A stretch of 24,000 nucleotides of DNA from Hafnia phage vB_HpaM_SarahDanielle: the sequence record MW749010.1; one strand, 5' to 3'. A program made the position numbers and the translations under genes. Below, piece by piece: positions 1 to 9,010 of the stretch. The notes under the pieces are model-generated. The model saw only the letters and a program-made list of their open reading frames with translations. It had not been told where the DNA came from and searched no databases. Each line of letters opens with the position of its first letter. The stretch's first letter is position 1.

Positions 1-114
1 GAGGCTGCAAAGAAACCCAAGAGGAAGGTGACTTGTCCACATTGTGGTTTAATAGGTGGTGCAGGTAACATGACAAGATATCACTTTGACAATTGTAAAA
101 GTAAATCTATGTAA
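1..114 (+). CDS. C-terminal fragment of a phage protein with a zinc-finger tail, probably an HNH homing-type endonuclease (gene starts upstream of window)
   Basis: Open frame from base 1: EAAKKPKRKVTCPHCGLIGGAGNMTRYHFDNCKSKSM*. The CPHCG..GG..NM.R.HFDNCK pattern is typical of C-termini of phage HNH-family proteins. Confidence 0.6.
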   Translation, partial: EAAKKPKRKVTCPHCGLIGGAGNMTRYHFDNCKSKSM

Positions 115-120
115 AATTTT

Positions 121-153
121 AAAGGCTGCTCTTAACAGAGTGGCCTTTTTCGT
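121..153 (+). terminator. Rho-independent terminator
   Basis: AAAGGCTGCTCT-taac-AGAGTGGCCTTT followed by T-rich tail (TTTTTCG); 12-bp stem with two G.T wobbles. Confidence 0.85.
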
Positions 154-184
154 TTATATTGTTCAAACATTCTAAGGAGGAATT

Positions 185-463
185 ATGCGACGATTTATCT
201 ATTGGTTTAAAGAAGACCTTCTTCTGAGAGTTGTCTTCACACTTGTTTGTTTAGGGATGATTGCTATAGTCTACGTAATAATAGACGACACCTTTAAGGT
301 TGCAAGATACGTGGAAGAGAACCACTGTAGGACAACTGGAAGAACAAACTCTGTAATGTTCCTTATGCCAGTCTTTACAGGAGACACTACAGTAATGGTT
401 CCACAGTTTACAGTGGAAAGAGAGTGGTACTGTTCAAAGACTGATGAGAGATTTTGGAGGTAA
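185..463 (+). CDS. Small membrane-anchored hypothetical protein (92 aa)
   Basis: RBS AAGGAGG before ATG; hydrophobic segment LLLRVVFTLVCLGMIAIVYVII. Confidence 0.75.
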   Translation: MRRFIYWFKEDLLLRVVFTLVCLGMIAIVYVIIDDTFKVARYVEENHCRTTGRTNSVMFLMPVFTGDTTVMVPQFTVEREWYCSKTDERFWR

Positions 464-465
464 TT

Positions 466-720
466 ATGTTAAAGAAAATTAAACATATCTATCACGTAAT
501 TTTATCAGATATTTTCCCTCACAAATACTATGATAAAGATGGAACTCCAAAGAAATGCCCTTTTTGTGGAGGAAAAGATATACAGTTTATAGCAACTGAC
601 TATATAAACCACACAATTAGTGAAGGTTATGAAAGATGCAACTGTTGCAGAAAAGGCATTATAGATTGGGCTTATGGCAGCTATAACCCATACCAACTAC
701 CTACAAAGATGAGAAAGTGA
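466..720 (+). CDS. Small zinc-ribbon protein (CPFCGG...CNCC), Lar-like/DNA-binding style
   Basis: Internal ATG at 466 has a GGAGG RBS; KKCPFCGGKDIQF...YERCNCCRKG. Confidence 0.7.
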   Translation: MLKKIKHIYHVILSDIFPHKYYDKDGTPKKCPFCGGKDIQFIATDYINHTISEGYERCNCCRKGIIDWAYGSYNPYQLPTKMRK

Positions 721-990
721 ATGGAAAACTATTACATTTTAGTCAGTAAAGGTTCAATAGTTGGGAAGAGAGTTGTTAAGGTTTATCATGCAAGAAAGTA
801 TGGGAACATGCCTTACGTGTATCTGTCTCATGGTCAGTGGGGATGGATATCTTTAGAGATGCTTAAAGAGATTGGTGAAGATTTCTTAATAATTAAGAAA
901 CCATACTTCAATGGTTGCAAAGATGTTAAGAAGGTTAAAGTCTTTAAAGAGAAGAAAGGTTGGTGGAAAGATGAACTATATGAAGATTGA
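721..990 (+). CDS. Hypothetical protein (89 aa)
   Basis: ORF directly follows the previous stop; overlaps the NrdG start. Confidence 0.65.
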   Translation: MENYYILVSKGSIVGKRVVKVYHARKYGNMPYVYLSHGQWGWISLEMLKEIGEDFLIIKKPYFNGCKDVKKVKVFKEKKGWWKDELYED

Positions 991-1447
991 CCCATGCGAT
1001 ATGAATAATGGTGATGGTATAAGAGTATCACTGTTTGTAGCCGGATGTTCACACGGCTGTGATGGGTGTTTTAATAAAGAGGCTTGGAAATATAATGCAG
1101 GAGAACCCTTCACAGAGGAAACGTTGGAAAAACTATTTTCATATTGTGCAGAGGAATCTATATCTGGATTAACACTATTAGGTGGAGACCCAATGTCGCC
1201 AAGGAATATAGATACTGTGACCATGATTTGTAAAGAATTTAAAAGACGGTTTCCAAGTAAAGACATTTGGATGTGGACAGGCTATACTTATTCTCAAGTA
1301 AGTGGTACAGAGGTACTGAACTATGTTGACTACCTCATTGACGGGAAGTATAAGAAAGACCTCCCTACAAAGAAACCTTACCGTGGGTCTGACAACCAAG
1401 TCAGATGGAAGAAAACTGGTGAAATACAGTTTGTAATGATTGATTAA
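971..1447 (+). CDS. nrdG: Anaerobic ribonucleoside-triphosphate reductase activating protein (radical SAM)
   Basis: Radical SAM cysteine cluster VAGCSHGCDGCFNKEAW, plus LTLLGGDPM, IWMWTGYTYSQ. Likely start is the internal ATG at 971. Confidence 0.93.
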   Translation: MNYMKIDPCDMNNGDGIRVSLFVAGCSHGCDGCFNKEAWKYNAGEPFTEETLEKLFSYCAEESISGLTLLGGDPMSPRNIDTVTMICKEFKRRFPSKDIWMWTGYTYSQVSGTEVLNYVDYLIDGKYKKDLPTKKPYRGSDNQVRWKKTGEIQFVMID

Positions 1448-1458
1448 GGATTATTAAG

Positions 1459-1998
1459 ATGGCTGCTAATGGTTCTGCTTCACTAATGATGATTTGTAGC
1501 GAATTGGTTAATACACAATCTTTTGAAGAAAGAGCGGATTTCATTGAGACATATAGACCAAACTACGTTCGTTCAGAGAGTTTACGCCAATCAGAGGTCT
1601 ACAAACGTAAACGCTATTTACACAAGCATGTAAGACGTCGCCATGTGAGATTAGCAACCTCTTTGTTTACTGTAGATAACGTCTATGAGCATTTTGTTTT
1701 TAAAAACACGGTAGCTGTTTTAAATAAAATGTATGGCAGAGCACACTTTACTATAGGTCACCACATCCCATTAGGCAGAGGTGGACACCATCATAGGACA
1801 AACTGGTTTATACAGTTGGGTGAAGAGAACCATAGGCTAGGGAATGAAGTCCCAAAACAACGTAATAAAATTGGATTCAAATCTCAAGTGAAATACTTGA
1901 AAGATTATATAAAGAAGCATGAAAAGAAGTACCAACCAAGTGTTGACTTGAAAGAAGAACTTGAATATCATCTTGAATTATTAAAAGAAGTCTACTAA
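1459..1998 (+). CDS. Putative HNH-type endonuclease (179 aa)
   Basis: FTIGHHIPLGRGGHHHRTNWFIQLGEENHRLGN resembles an HNH core (H..P...GG....N). Confidence 0.5.
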   Translation: MAANGSASLMMICSELVNTQSFEERADFIETYRPNYVRSESLRQSEVYKRKRYLHKHVRRRHVRLATSLFTVDNVYEHFVFKNTVAVLNKMYGRAHFTIGHHIPLGRGGHHHRTNWFIQLGEENHRLGNEVPKQRNKIGFKSQVKYLKDYIKKHEKKYQPSVDLKEELEYHLELLKEVY

Positions 1999-2010
1999 GG
2001 AGCATTTAAA

Positions 2011-2358
2011 ATGAGCACAATTAAGAAAGGTATCCGTAATACTCGCCGTCTTCAAATCTACAGTCTGTCTGCATTTATGATGGAAGAGTATGAAGCTATC
2101 TTTTGTGGAAACGGTTATCATGATGGGGAGAACTTTATCCCATTTGATGAGGCAGTACGTCTTTACAACACTCACGAAGGAACTACCCCAAAAGGTGTTG
2201 GTCTTGAAAAAGTACACTTAGTGTTGAGCAAGAAAGATAAGAAAATTATCTGCAAACAGCACTTAATTAAACTTCACCCACGTCTACGTGAGTTTATTGC
2301 AGATTTGGGTTCGAAAGATGTTTTCTCATTCTTGAAGAAAGTCAATCTTGCACAGTAA
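2011..2358 (+). CDS. Hypothetical protein (115 aa)
   Basis: ORF with good spacing and a terminator downstream. Confidence 0.7.
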   Translation: MSTIKKGIRNTRRLQIYSLSAFMMEEYEAIFCGNGYHDGENFIPFDEAVRLYNTHEGTTPKGVGLEKVHLVLSKKDKKIICKQHLIKLHPRLREFIADLGSKDVFSFLKKVNLAQ

Positions 2359-2370
2359 TCCTATTAAATG

Positions 2371-2393
2371 GGGGTCTACAAAGACCCCTTTTT
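2371..2393 (+). terminator. Rho-independent terminator
   Basis: GGGGTCT-acaa-AGACCCC-TTTTT. Confidence 0.85.
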
Positions 2394-2496
2394 CATATCT
2401 AAAACCATTCTGTAAAGAGTTGTAAAGACTCTTCCTATCAAGAACCCTCTCAAGTATAGTAATCACATCGAAACAAATGACGGAAAGGAAACTAAA

Positions 2497-3390
2497 ATGA
2501 AAGCTACATATAAAGTATTTATTCAGAACTGCGAAGGCGAAACCTTTGAAATCAACGTAGAGGAAGTCACTTTTCCAAGTGGTGAGGTATCTATTCATTT
2601 AGAAGAAGGTTCTCTATCAGCATGTGGAAGTATCACACGATTCCTTATCGTAACACGTGGTTATGAACCAGACCAACTGTTTAAAGTTGCACTTATCAAA
2701 GATGCTTTACGTGGGATGATTTTAATTGACCAACCTTTGATTATTCAAAACCACTGGACTCTTGTCCTACCATATCTACCAAATGCTCGTTATGACCGTC
2801 GAATGGTAGATAATGATTCACTGGCACTAAAAGTGTATAGTGAGATGTTAAACTCTTTAGGTTTTGATGAAGTTATTTCATATGATGTACACAGTGATGT
2901 GGCACACAGTTGTATCAACAATTTTAATCATGTTCCTGTGTGGGAATTCATCAAAGGACTTGACACGCTTCATAATGTAAGCGGAGAATACACTGCACTT
3001 GTAGCACCTGATAATGGTTCTACAAAGAAAGTTGAAAAGGTTGCTGATGTACTTGGGCTACCAATTGTGCAAATGACCAAGCGTCGTGACCCTGCAACTG
3101 GTAAACTGTCAGCACCATTTGTTCTACACGGATTAGAACACTTGAAAGGTGGTAAACTACTAATTGTAGATGATATCTGTGACGGTGGCTATACATTCAT
3201 TCAAGCAACTCAACTGTTAAAAGTATTTGATGTAGAGAAGGTTGGTCTGTTTGTCACACACGGTATCTTCTCAAAAGGTGTAGATGCACTGTTTAATGCT
3301 GGTATTGATGAAATCTATACAACTGATTCATTACGTATGCCAGAAGAGTTTGATTCACGTATTAAAGGTATGGAACTTATCAAAGTTTAA
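2497..3390 (+). CDS. prs: Ribose-phosphate pyrophosphokinase (Prs) family enzyme; possibly an ADP-ribose pyrophosphokinase (Adps-like)
   Basis: PRPP-binding motif KLLIVDDICDGGYTFIQA and flexible-loop motif MTKRRDPATGK; VAPDNGSTKKVEKVADVLG. Confidence 0.9.
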   Translation: MKATYKVFIQNCEGETFEINVEEVTFPSGEVSIHLEEGSLSACGSITRFLIVTRGYEPDQLFKVALIKDALRGMILIDQPLIIQNHWTLVLPYLPNARYDRRMVDNDSLALKVYSEMLNSLGFDEVISYDVHSDVAHSCINNFNHVPVWEFIKGLDTLHNVSGEYTALVAPDNGSTKKVEKVADVLGLPIVQMTKRRDPATGKLSAPFVLHGLEHLKGGKLLIVDDICDGGYTFIQATQLLKVFDVEKVGLFVTHGIFSKGVDALFNAGIDEIYTTDSLRMPEEFDSRIKGMELIKV

Positions 3391-3402
3391 GTAAGTTTTT
3401 GT

Positions 3403-3439
3403 AAAGGGGTTTGCAAAGACCCCTTCTAAGAATTAATAT
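3403..3439 (+). promoter_or_regulatory. Class I hairpin overlapping a sigma70-like promoter
   Basis: AAAGGGGT-ttgcaaag-ACCCCTT hairpin; -35 TTGCAA (3411-3416), 17 bp, -10 TAATAT (3434-3439); CACATCGAAAC downstream. Confidence 0.55.
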
Positions 3440-3493
3440 GAACACATCGAAACAAATGATACAAACACTAACCACTAAATAAGGAAACTTAAA

Positions 3494-3880
3494 ATGACTA
3501 CTCAAAATATTAACTCTGTATCTATCGACCTGTCCAAGAAAGTTAAAGTTCTGGCTACCCCAACAGCTTTTGAAGATGTTGTTATGTTTGAAACAAACAA
3601 GGAAGGTTTTGGTGCATACCTTAAACTGAGCGAGTTTGTTAAGACTGTCATTATTCTGCAAGCAGGTGATATGGATAAAGATTCTATCCAAGAAGTATTC
3701 ACAAGTGTTGATTTGAAAGTCTTCCCTCTGGAAGAAATGAAAGAAGACTTTAAAGAAATCATCCAAGATGCAAAAGATAAAGGTATCTGGATGCAAGAGG
3801 TCACCTTTGATGCTTTGGACTTGGTAGATACCTTTAGCAATATGGAAGTAGGTGAGTTACTGCAAGAACTGTTTGCATAG
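3494..3880 (+). CDS. Hypothetical protein (128 aa)
   Basis: RBS AAGGAAA before ATG; own intergenic module upstream. Confidence 0.8.
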   Translation: MTTQNINSVSIDLSKKVKVLATPTAFEDVVMFETNKEGFGAYLKLSEFVKTVIILQAGDMDKDSIQEVFTSVDLKVFPLEEMKEDFKEIIQDAKDKGIWMQEVTFDALDLVDTFSNMEVGELLQELFA

Positions 3881-3888
3881 TTTTGTAA

Positions 3889-3923
3889 AGGGGTTTGCAA
3901 AGACCCCTCATTAAAGATAATCT
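3889..3923 (+). promoter_or_regulatory. Class I hairpin/promoter module
   Basis: AAGGGGTTTGCAAAGACCCC; TTGCAA (3895-3900), 17 bp, TAATCT (3918-3923). Confidence 0.5.
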
Positions 3924-3963
3924 ATAAATACTTGAACAAGACCACTAAATAAGGAAACTTAAA

Positions 3964-4341
3964 ATGACTACTCCAATTTTTAATCTGAATCGTAAAACTA
4001 AAGTACAAGCAATCCGTGTCGCTGCTGATAATAAATGGACAGATACTTTAGTTATCCACGTAGTAGGAGACCGTGTAACTGGTTACCCTCTGTCTCAATT
4101 GGCAATGCTACATATGACAAGTGGTGGGGATATTGACCGAACCATTGATGAAATGAATGCTTTCATGAATGAACGTGTTGAGAGTCTTGGTATGGGTCTT
4201 GAAGAAATCACAGTAAGTGCTCAAGAGGCTGATGAAGACGAAACCTTTAAGAAAGCTGTTGAGAACGGTGAAGTAACCGTTGAAGATTACACCTTTGAAG
4301 ACTTCTTGGTGACAATTACCAAAACTATTTTCAACATGTAA
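3964..4341 (+). CDS. Hypothetical protein (125 aa), acidic C-terminal half
   Basis: RBS AAGGAAAC before ATG. Confidence 0.8.
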   Translation: MTTPIFNLNRKTKVQAIRVAADNKWTDTLVIHVVGDRVTGYPLSQLAMLHMTSGGDIDRTIDEMNAFMNERVESLGMGLEEITVSAQEADEDETFKKAVENGEVTVEDYTFEDFLVTITKTIFNM

Positions 4342-4349
4342 GGTTTTGT

Positions 4350-4386
4350 AAAGGGGTTTGAAAAGACCCCTTTGAAGAACTAACAT
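4350..4386 (+). promoter_or_regulatory. Class I hairpin/promoter module upstream of nadV-like gene
   Basis: AAAGGGGTTTGAAAAGACCCCTTT; TTGAAA (4358-4363), 17 bp, TAACAT (4381-4386). Confidence 0.5.
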
Positions 4387-4417
4387 AGAGCTACTAAAAC
4401 AACGAAAGGAAGATACC

Positions 4418-6196
4418 ATGAATCAATCAATCTTTAACACTCCCGCACACTTGAACTGTGATGCTTATAAAATCGGTCACTTTTTCCAGTACCCAAAAGG
4501 TCAAACACAACTGTTTTTGAACATGACCCCACGCTCAGATTACTGGTTTAAAAGCCCACTTGTAGTTGATGGTGTAGTTGTTTGGGGCATTCAAAACTTA
4601 GTAGAGCGTTATTTAAAAGACCATTGGGACAATAGCTTCTTCCGACGCGATGAAGATGAAGTTGTAGCTGAATGGGAAATGTACACAGGTGGTGTGCTAG
4701 GGGATGTTGGTTCAGACCATATCCGTAAACTACACCAATTAGGTTATTTACCTGTTGCGGTTATGGCACCAAGTGAAGGTACAGTTGTCCCTATTAAGAC
4801 TCCTATAATGCTTGTAGAGAGCACTCACAAGGACTTTGCATGGGTAGCTTCATACTTAGAAGATGTACTCTCTAATGAGCTTTGGAAGCCTTGTACAGTG
4901 GCAACTATCTCGTTACATTATCGTCGTCTTTTGGAAATGTTTGCTCAAGAAACTTGTGACAATTCTGACCATGTTCCATATCAAGCACATGACTTTGCTT
5001 TGCGTGGTATGAGCGGTTCAAATGATGGTGGTACAACTAACACTGGTCACCTGCTGTACTTTAAAGGGACTGACTCATTCCCTGCTGTTTATAACATTCA
5101 TAAACTGTATGGTGGTGAGGTATCCGACATTGCATCCTCTATCCCTGCAACAGAGCATACAGTGATGATGAGTAACATTGCTGCTGAAACTATGGGTATG
5201 AAAATTGAGGATGTTCCAAAATGGTGTAAAGATGCTGCTGATAATGATGAAGATGCTTTCCGTTGTTATGGTGAGTATTTGTACTTGAAACGCCTTATGA
5301 CAGAGATTTACCCAACTGGTCTTTTCAGTGCTGTTATGGATACATTCAACTATTTCCGTAACTTGACAGTGATTCTTCCAAAACTGAAAGAACACATCAT
5401 GGCACGTGATGGTAAGGTTGTTGTACGTCCAGACTCAGGAAACCCTATTAATATCATTTGTGGTTATAAAACAATTGACTGGTCAGATGTTGTTGAATGG
5501 TTTGGTCTTCCAGACTACTGCACACTAAGTAACTTGCCAGCTTATGTCACAGAAGAAATCAAGGAAGAAGGTTATGAAATGGTTGTTAAGCATTCCTTCC
5601 ATGATGTTTACACAGTCTTAGAACTAGATACTCTGGAAATCTATGATATGGGTGAAGAAGAGTTGAAAGGTTCTCTTGAACTTCTGTGGAAAGTGTTTGG
5701 TGGTACAACCAATAATAAAGGTTATCGTGTACTTGACTCACACATTGGTTTAATTTATGGTGATAGTATCACTTTAGACCGTGCTGATGAAATCCTCTCA
5801 CGAATGAAGGAAATGGGTTTTGCAAGTTCTAACGTAGTGTTTGGGGTTGGTTCTTTCACATACAACTATATGACACGTGATACTTTTGGGTTTGCTGTTA
5901 AGGCCACTGCCACCACTGTTAAAGGTGAAACCTTGATGTTGGCGAAACAACCTAAAACAGATAATGGTGTTAAGAAATCTGCGAAGGGTTACATCACAGC
6001 TTATTACAGTGATAAAGACTCTACAAAGATTGTTATGGAAGATAACCTTGACCGTGAAGAGTGGTTGGAATCTTTAAAAGATACATACTGCATTTATCGT
6101 CTGAAATTCTTCCAAGGTGTAACACACACTGTGAAAAAAGCTGATGGTAGTGGATTGGCAATGACTCGTAAGTACGCTGAAAAATTCGTTTATTAA
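4418..6196 (+). CDS. nadV: Nicotinamide phosphoribosyltransferase (NAMPT/NadV) family enzyme; possibly Namat-like
   Basis: HDFALRGMSG...GHLLYFKGTDS, ATEHTVM, VVVRPDSGNP, GLIYGDSITLDRADEIL...VFGVGS; classical NAMPT-family motifs. Confidence 0.93.
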   Translation: MNQSIFNTPAHLNCDAYKIGHFFQYPKGQTQLFLNMTPRSDYWFKSPLVVDGVVVWGIQNLVERYLKDHWDNSFFRRDEDEVVAEWEMYTGGVLGDVGSDHIRKLHQLGYLPVAVMAPSEGTVVPIKTPIMLVESTHKDFAWVASYLEDVLSNELWKPCTVATISLHYRRLLEMFAQETCDNSDHVPYQAHDFALRGMSGSNDGGTTNTGHLLYFKGTDSFPAVYNIHKLYGGEVSDIASSIPATEHTVMMSNIAAETMGMKIEDVPKWCKDAADNDEDAFRCYGEYLYLKRLMTEIYPTGLFSAVMDTFNYFRNLTVILPKLKEHIMARDGKVVVRPDSGNPINIICGYKTIDWSDVVEWFGLPDYCTLSNLPAYVTEEIKEEGYEMVVKHSFHDVYTVLELDTLEIYDMGEEELKGSLELLWKVFGGTTNNKGYRVLDSHIGLIYGDSITLDRADEILSRMKEMGFASSNVVFGVGSFTYNYMTRDTFGFAVKATATTVKGETLMLAKQPKTDNGVKKSAKGYITAYYSDKDSTKIVMEDNLDREEWLESLKDTYCIYRLKFFQGVTHTVKKADGSGLAMTRKYAEKFVY

Positions 6197-6207
6197 TTTC
6201 ATCATAG

Positions 6208-6229
6208 GGGGTCTGAAAAGACCCCTTTT
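6208..6229 (+). terminator. Rho-independent terminator
   Basis: GGGGTCT-gaaa-AGACCCC-TTTT. Confidence 0.8.
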
Positions 6230-6245
6230 AAAAGGAAACTTAAAG

Positions 6246-6518
6246 ATGCATGTAGAGACCATTATCCGTACAAACATCTCTCTTCACTATCAGTACGAAG
6301 GTTTGTCTGACTTCATAGCTTTCAAGACTGCTATAGATAATTTAAAAGATGTTCACCGTGGGACTACCTTCTCTATCACTGGTATCTTTGACGGTTATAA
6401 TCAAGAGTTGAAGCTACTAACTTTACAAGAACTTACAAATGCTGGTATTGATTTAAGCGAAGTAGAATTCTATCATTCTCCTTACACAAAACAACTAAGG
6501 GTTGTTTGGTTCGGTTAA
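6246..6518 (+). CDS. Hypothetical protein (90 aa)
   Basis: ORF filling the gap between nadV-like and rIIA-like genes; RBS-like AAGGAAA upstream. Confidence 0.7.
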   Translation: MHVETIIRTNISLHYQYEGLSDFIAFKTAIDNLKDVHRGTTFSITGIFDGYNQELKLLTLQELTNAGIDLSEVEFYHSPYTKQLRVVWFG

Positions 6519-6560
6519 TGAAAAGGAACCATCAAATAATGATGAAAGGGGGATAAAGAG

Positions 6561-8921
6561 ATGATTATTCAGAACAACTATGCAGAAGTAACCCGCAGTA
6601 GTTCGAGCTTGGAAACAAATCAAGCTTCTATTGAAATGACACCAATGATGTTTAAGCTTCTTAGCAGTGGCTTGTATCAGTTCAAAGAAAGAGCAGTTAT
6701 TCGTGAACTGTCTTGCAATGGTTTAGATGGTCACGAAATGAATGGTAACCCTGAAAAACCTTTGGATATTCACTTACCAACTCGTTTTGAACCGTACTTT
6801 GAAGTTCGTGATTATGGTATTTGTATGACCCATGAAGAGATTATGAACCTGTATCTCTGCTACGGTGCTTCAACAAAACGAGATAATAATGACACTATTG
6901 GTGGTTTTGGTGTAGGTTCTAAGTCATTCTTCTCTATAGCTCAGTCAGCAACCGTGACGTCTTGGAAAGATGGTATTAAACGCCAGTATACTATTTACAT
7001 GGAAGAGGGAATGCCACAAGTAACTAAGTTAATGGAAACAGAAAGTGATGAACCAACAGGTATTTCTGTTCGTGTAGCTGTACCTATGCAGATGGGTGCT
7101 AACTTCTTCCATGAAGCATGTTATGTTTATAGCTTCTTTGATGTTAAACCTAATGTAAACATGGAATTAGATTACTTCCACGACAACTATGATTTGGTTG
7201 TAGAAGGTGAGGGTTATAAGGCTTACACTCACAGCAGAATGTCAAAGAGCATTGAACCTGACGTTAAAGTTGTAATGGGGCAAGTGGCCTATGACTTAGA
7301 TATTGACACAATCTTTAAAGACCGTAGTGAATTGTGGGAGTTGATTGATGAATCACTCTTTAAAGAGTTCAGTCTTGTTGAGTTACATCTTCCTATTGGA
7401 ACTGTAGAGGTAGCCGCTTCACGTGAAACCCTTTCAATGGAAGAAAGCACACATGGTTACATTGTAAACATCTTTAAAGACTTTGCTTCAAGTGTTGTGA
7501 AGGATATCCAGAAGAACGTAGATAAGTGTGATTCTTACATGGCAGTGGCTTCATTACGTCAAGAACTTCTACACTCTTACAAGAACACCACTGTGTACTA
7601 TCTTGATAAGCATTTGACTTACAAGGGTAAAACTCTTGCAGAATGGATTACCCACTTTGCATATCGTTATGCAGTTTTCCGTTTAAATAAGCTTGGACAA
7701 CGTTTCCCTATGAGAGATTATCGTGGGGTAGAAGTCACAGATAACTACGGAAATACTATCTATGCACACGATGTAAAAGACCTTGGTATTCGACGCTATT
7801 CTGCACAAGAGTTGAGAGAGAAGAAACCAATTGCTGATGTGGTTAATAGAAAGACTGAACTGACCCCATTCTCTTTTTGGTGGAGTGAAGAAGGTTTTAA
7901 AAAGAACATCTTTGTAGTAAATGACCGTAGAACTAAGAAAGGAACCATCAAGACAACTGGTAACTTGAAAATTTTAAAAGCTTTGTCAGATTCTTATGCA
8001 GAAGCTACGAAGTACAATGATGTATTCACATGGGTATTCCCAAGTGTAAAAGATATCTACAAGTTTATCAAAGGTTTGGGGATTGACTTCAACTTAGTAA
8101 AAGACCGTATTTATTTACTGTCTCAACATGAAGACCTCTATGAACCTGTTCGTCGTGAAGTAAAACCTGTTAAGATTGGTGTTATCTCTGAAAGCATTTA
8201 CATTGATAAAGAAATGTGTATAGAGGATGTTGAAGGTTCACAGTTGTATGTCAAAGCTATCGGTAATGATGTAGAAAGTTGTGGTATTCAACTTGTCAAT
8301 GGTAGTGTAGAAGCCTTAGCACGTATTCTTGGAAGAAAGATTTATGTCTTCAAGAAGGCTAACTGGAAAAAGATTCCTGACCATTGGGTAGAATTGACTG
8401 ATGAGATGATTAAGGAAAATCTGTATAAGGATTCTTATCAGATGTTCCGTTTAAACATGTACCTAACAAAGACAAAAGTCAGTCGTAAGATGCCCTCTTA
8501 TGGCAGTCTGGATGGGATTCTAAGCTGGAGAGGTTCTTACGTATATGATTACCTATATCGCTCTGATAGTGATTGGTATGTCCAATTAGAGGACGTTAAA
8601 GATGTGATTGAGAAGTACATTGGCAAGTTCCACTATGTAGCATTGTCAGACCGTTGCTTCACTGATTACCACAGTGATATCTATACAGTAGTTAACAATG
8701 TATTAACGTCTGGACACATTGCTAAAGCAAAGTACACAGCTATACGTGGGAAGCTATATAAGAAGATTGAAAAAGACCTTGCTAAATTTAAGGAAAGAAA
8801 CTTCTTGTACAGTTTGATTGATTGGAGTAAAGTACGTTTCAAAGAGTTAGCCTTGAAAGATGGTGGTGTAGAATTCCCTCCAATCTCTGATGAGTTAATT
8901 TCTAAGATGAATCGCTACTAA
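6561..8921 (+). CDS. rIIA: rIIA-like protein, GHKL-type ATPase
   Basis: GHKL motifs: RELSCNGLDGHE (N box), FEVRDYGICM (G1), GGFGVGSKSFFS (G2); followed directly by an rIIB-like gene. Confidence 0.88.
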   Translation: MIIQNNYAEVTRSSSSLETNQASIEMTPMMFKLLSSGLYQFKERAVIRELSCNGLDGHEMNGNPEKPLDIHLPTRFEPYFEVRDYGICMTHEEIMNLYLCYGASTKRDNNDTIGGFGVGSKSFFSIAQSATVTSWKDGIKRQYTIYMEEGMPQVTKLMETESDEPTGISVRVAVPMQMGANFFHEACYVYSFFDVKPNVNMELDYFHDNYDLVVEGEGYKAYTHSRMSKSIEPDVKVVMGQVAYDLDIDTIFKDRSELWELIDESLFKEFSLVELHLPIGTVEVAASRETLSMEESTHGYIVNIFKDFASSVVKDIQKNVDKCDSYMAVASLRQELLHSYKNTTVYYLDKHLTYKGKTLAEWITHFAYRYAVFRLNKLGQRFPMRDYRGVEVTDNYGNTIYAHDVKDLGIRRYSAQELREKKPIADVVNRKTELTPFSFWWSEEGFKKNIFVVNDRRTKKGTIKTTGNLKILKALSDSYAEATKYNDVFTWVFPSVKDIYKFIKGLGIDFNLVKDRIYLLSQHEDLYEPVRREVKPVKIGVISESIYIDKEMCIEDVEGSQLYVKAIGNDVESCGIQLVNGSVEALARILGRKIYVFKKANWKKIPDHWVELTDEMIKENLYKDSYQMFRLNMYLTKTKVSRKMPSYGSLDGILSWRGSYVYDYLYRSDSDWYVQLEDVKDVIEKYIGKFHYVALSDRCFTDYHSDIYTVVNNVLTSGHIAKAKYTAIRGKLYKKIEKDLAKFKERNFLYSLIDWSKVRFKELALKDGGVEFPPISDELISKMNRY

Positions 8922-9010
8922 GTAAGACTTTGTAAAGACAGTTGAAGAAAGTCTCAGAAGGTGGTCTAATGAGGCCACTTAAACAAACGAAACCAAAAGA
9001 GGAAATGAAC

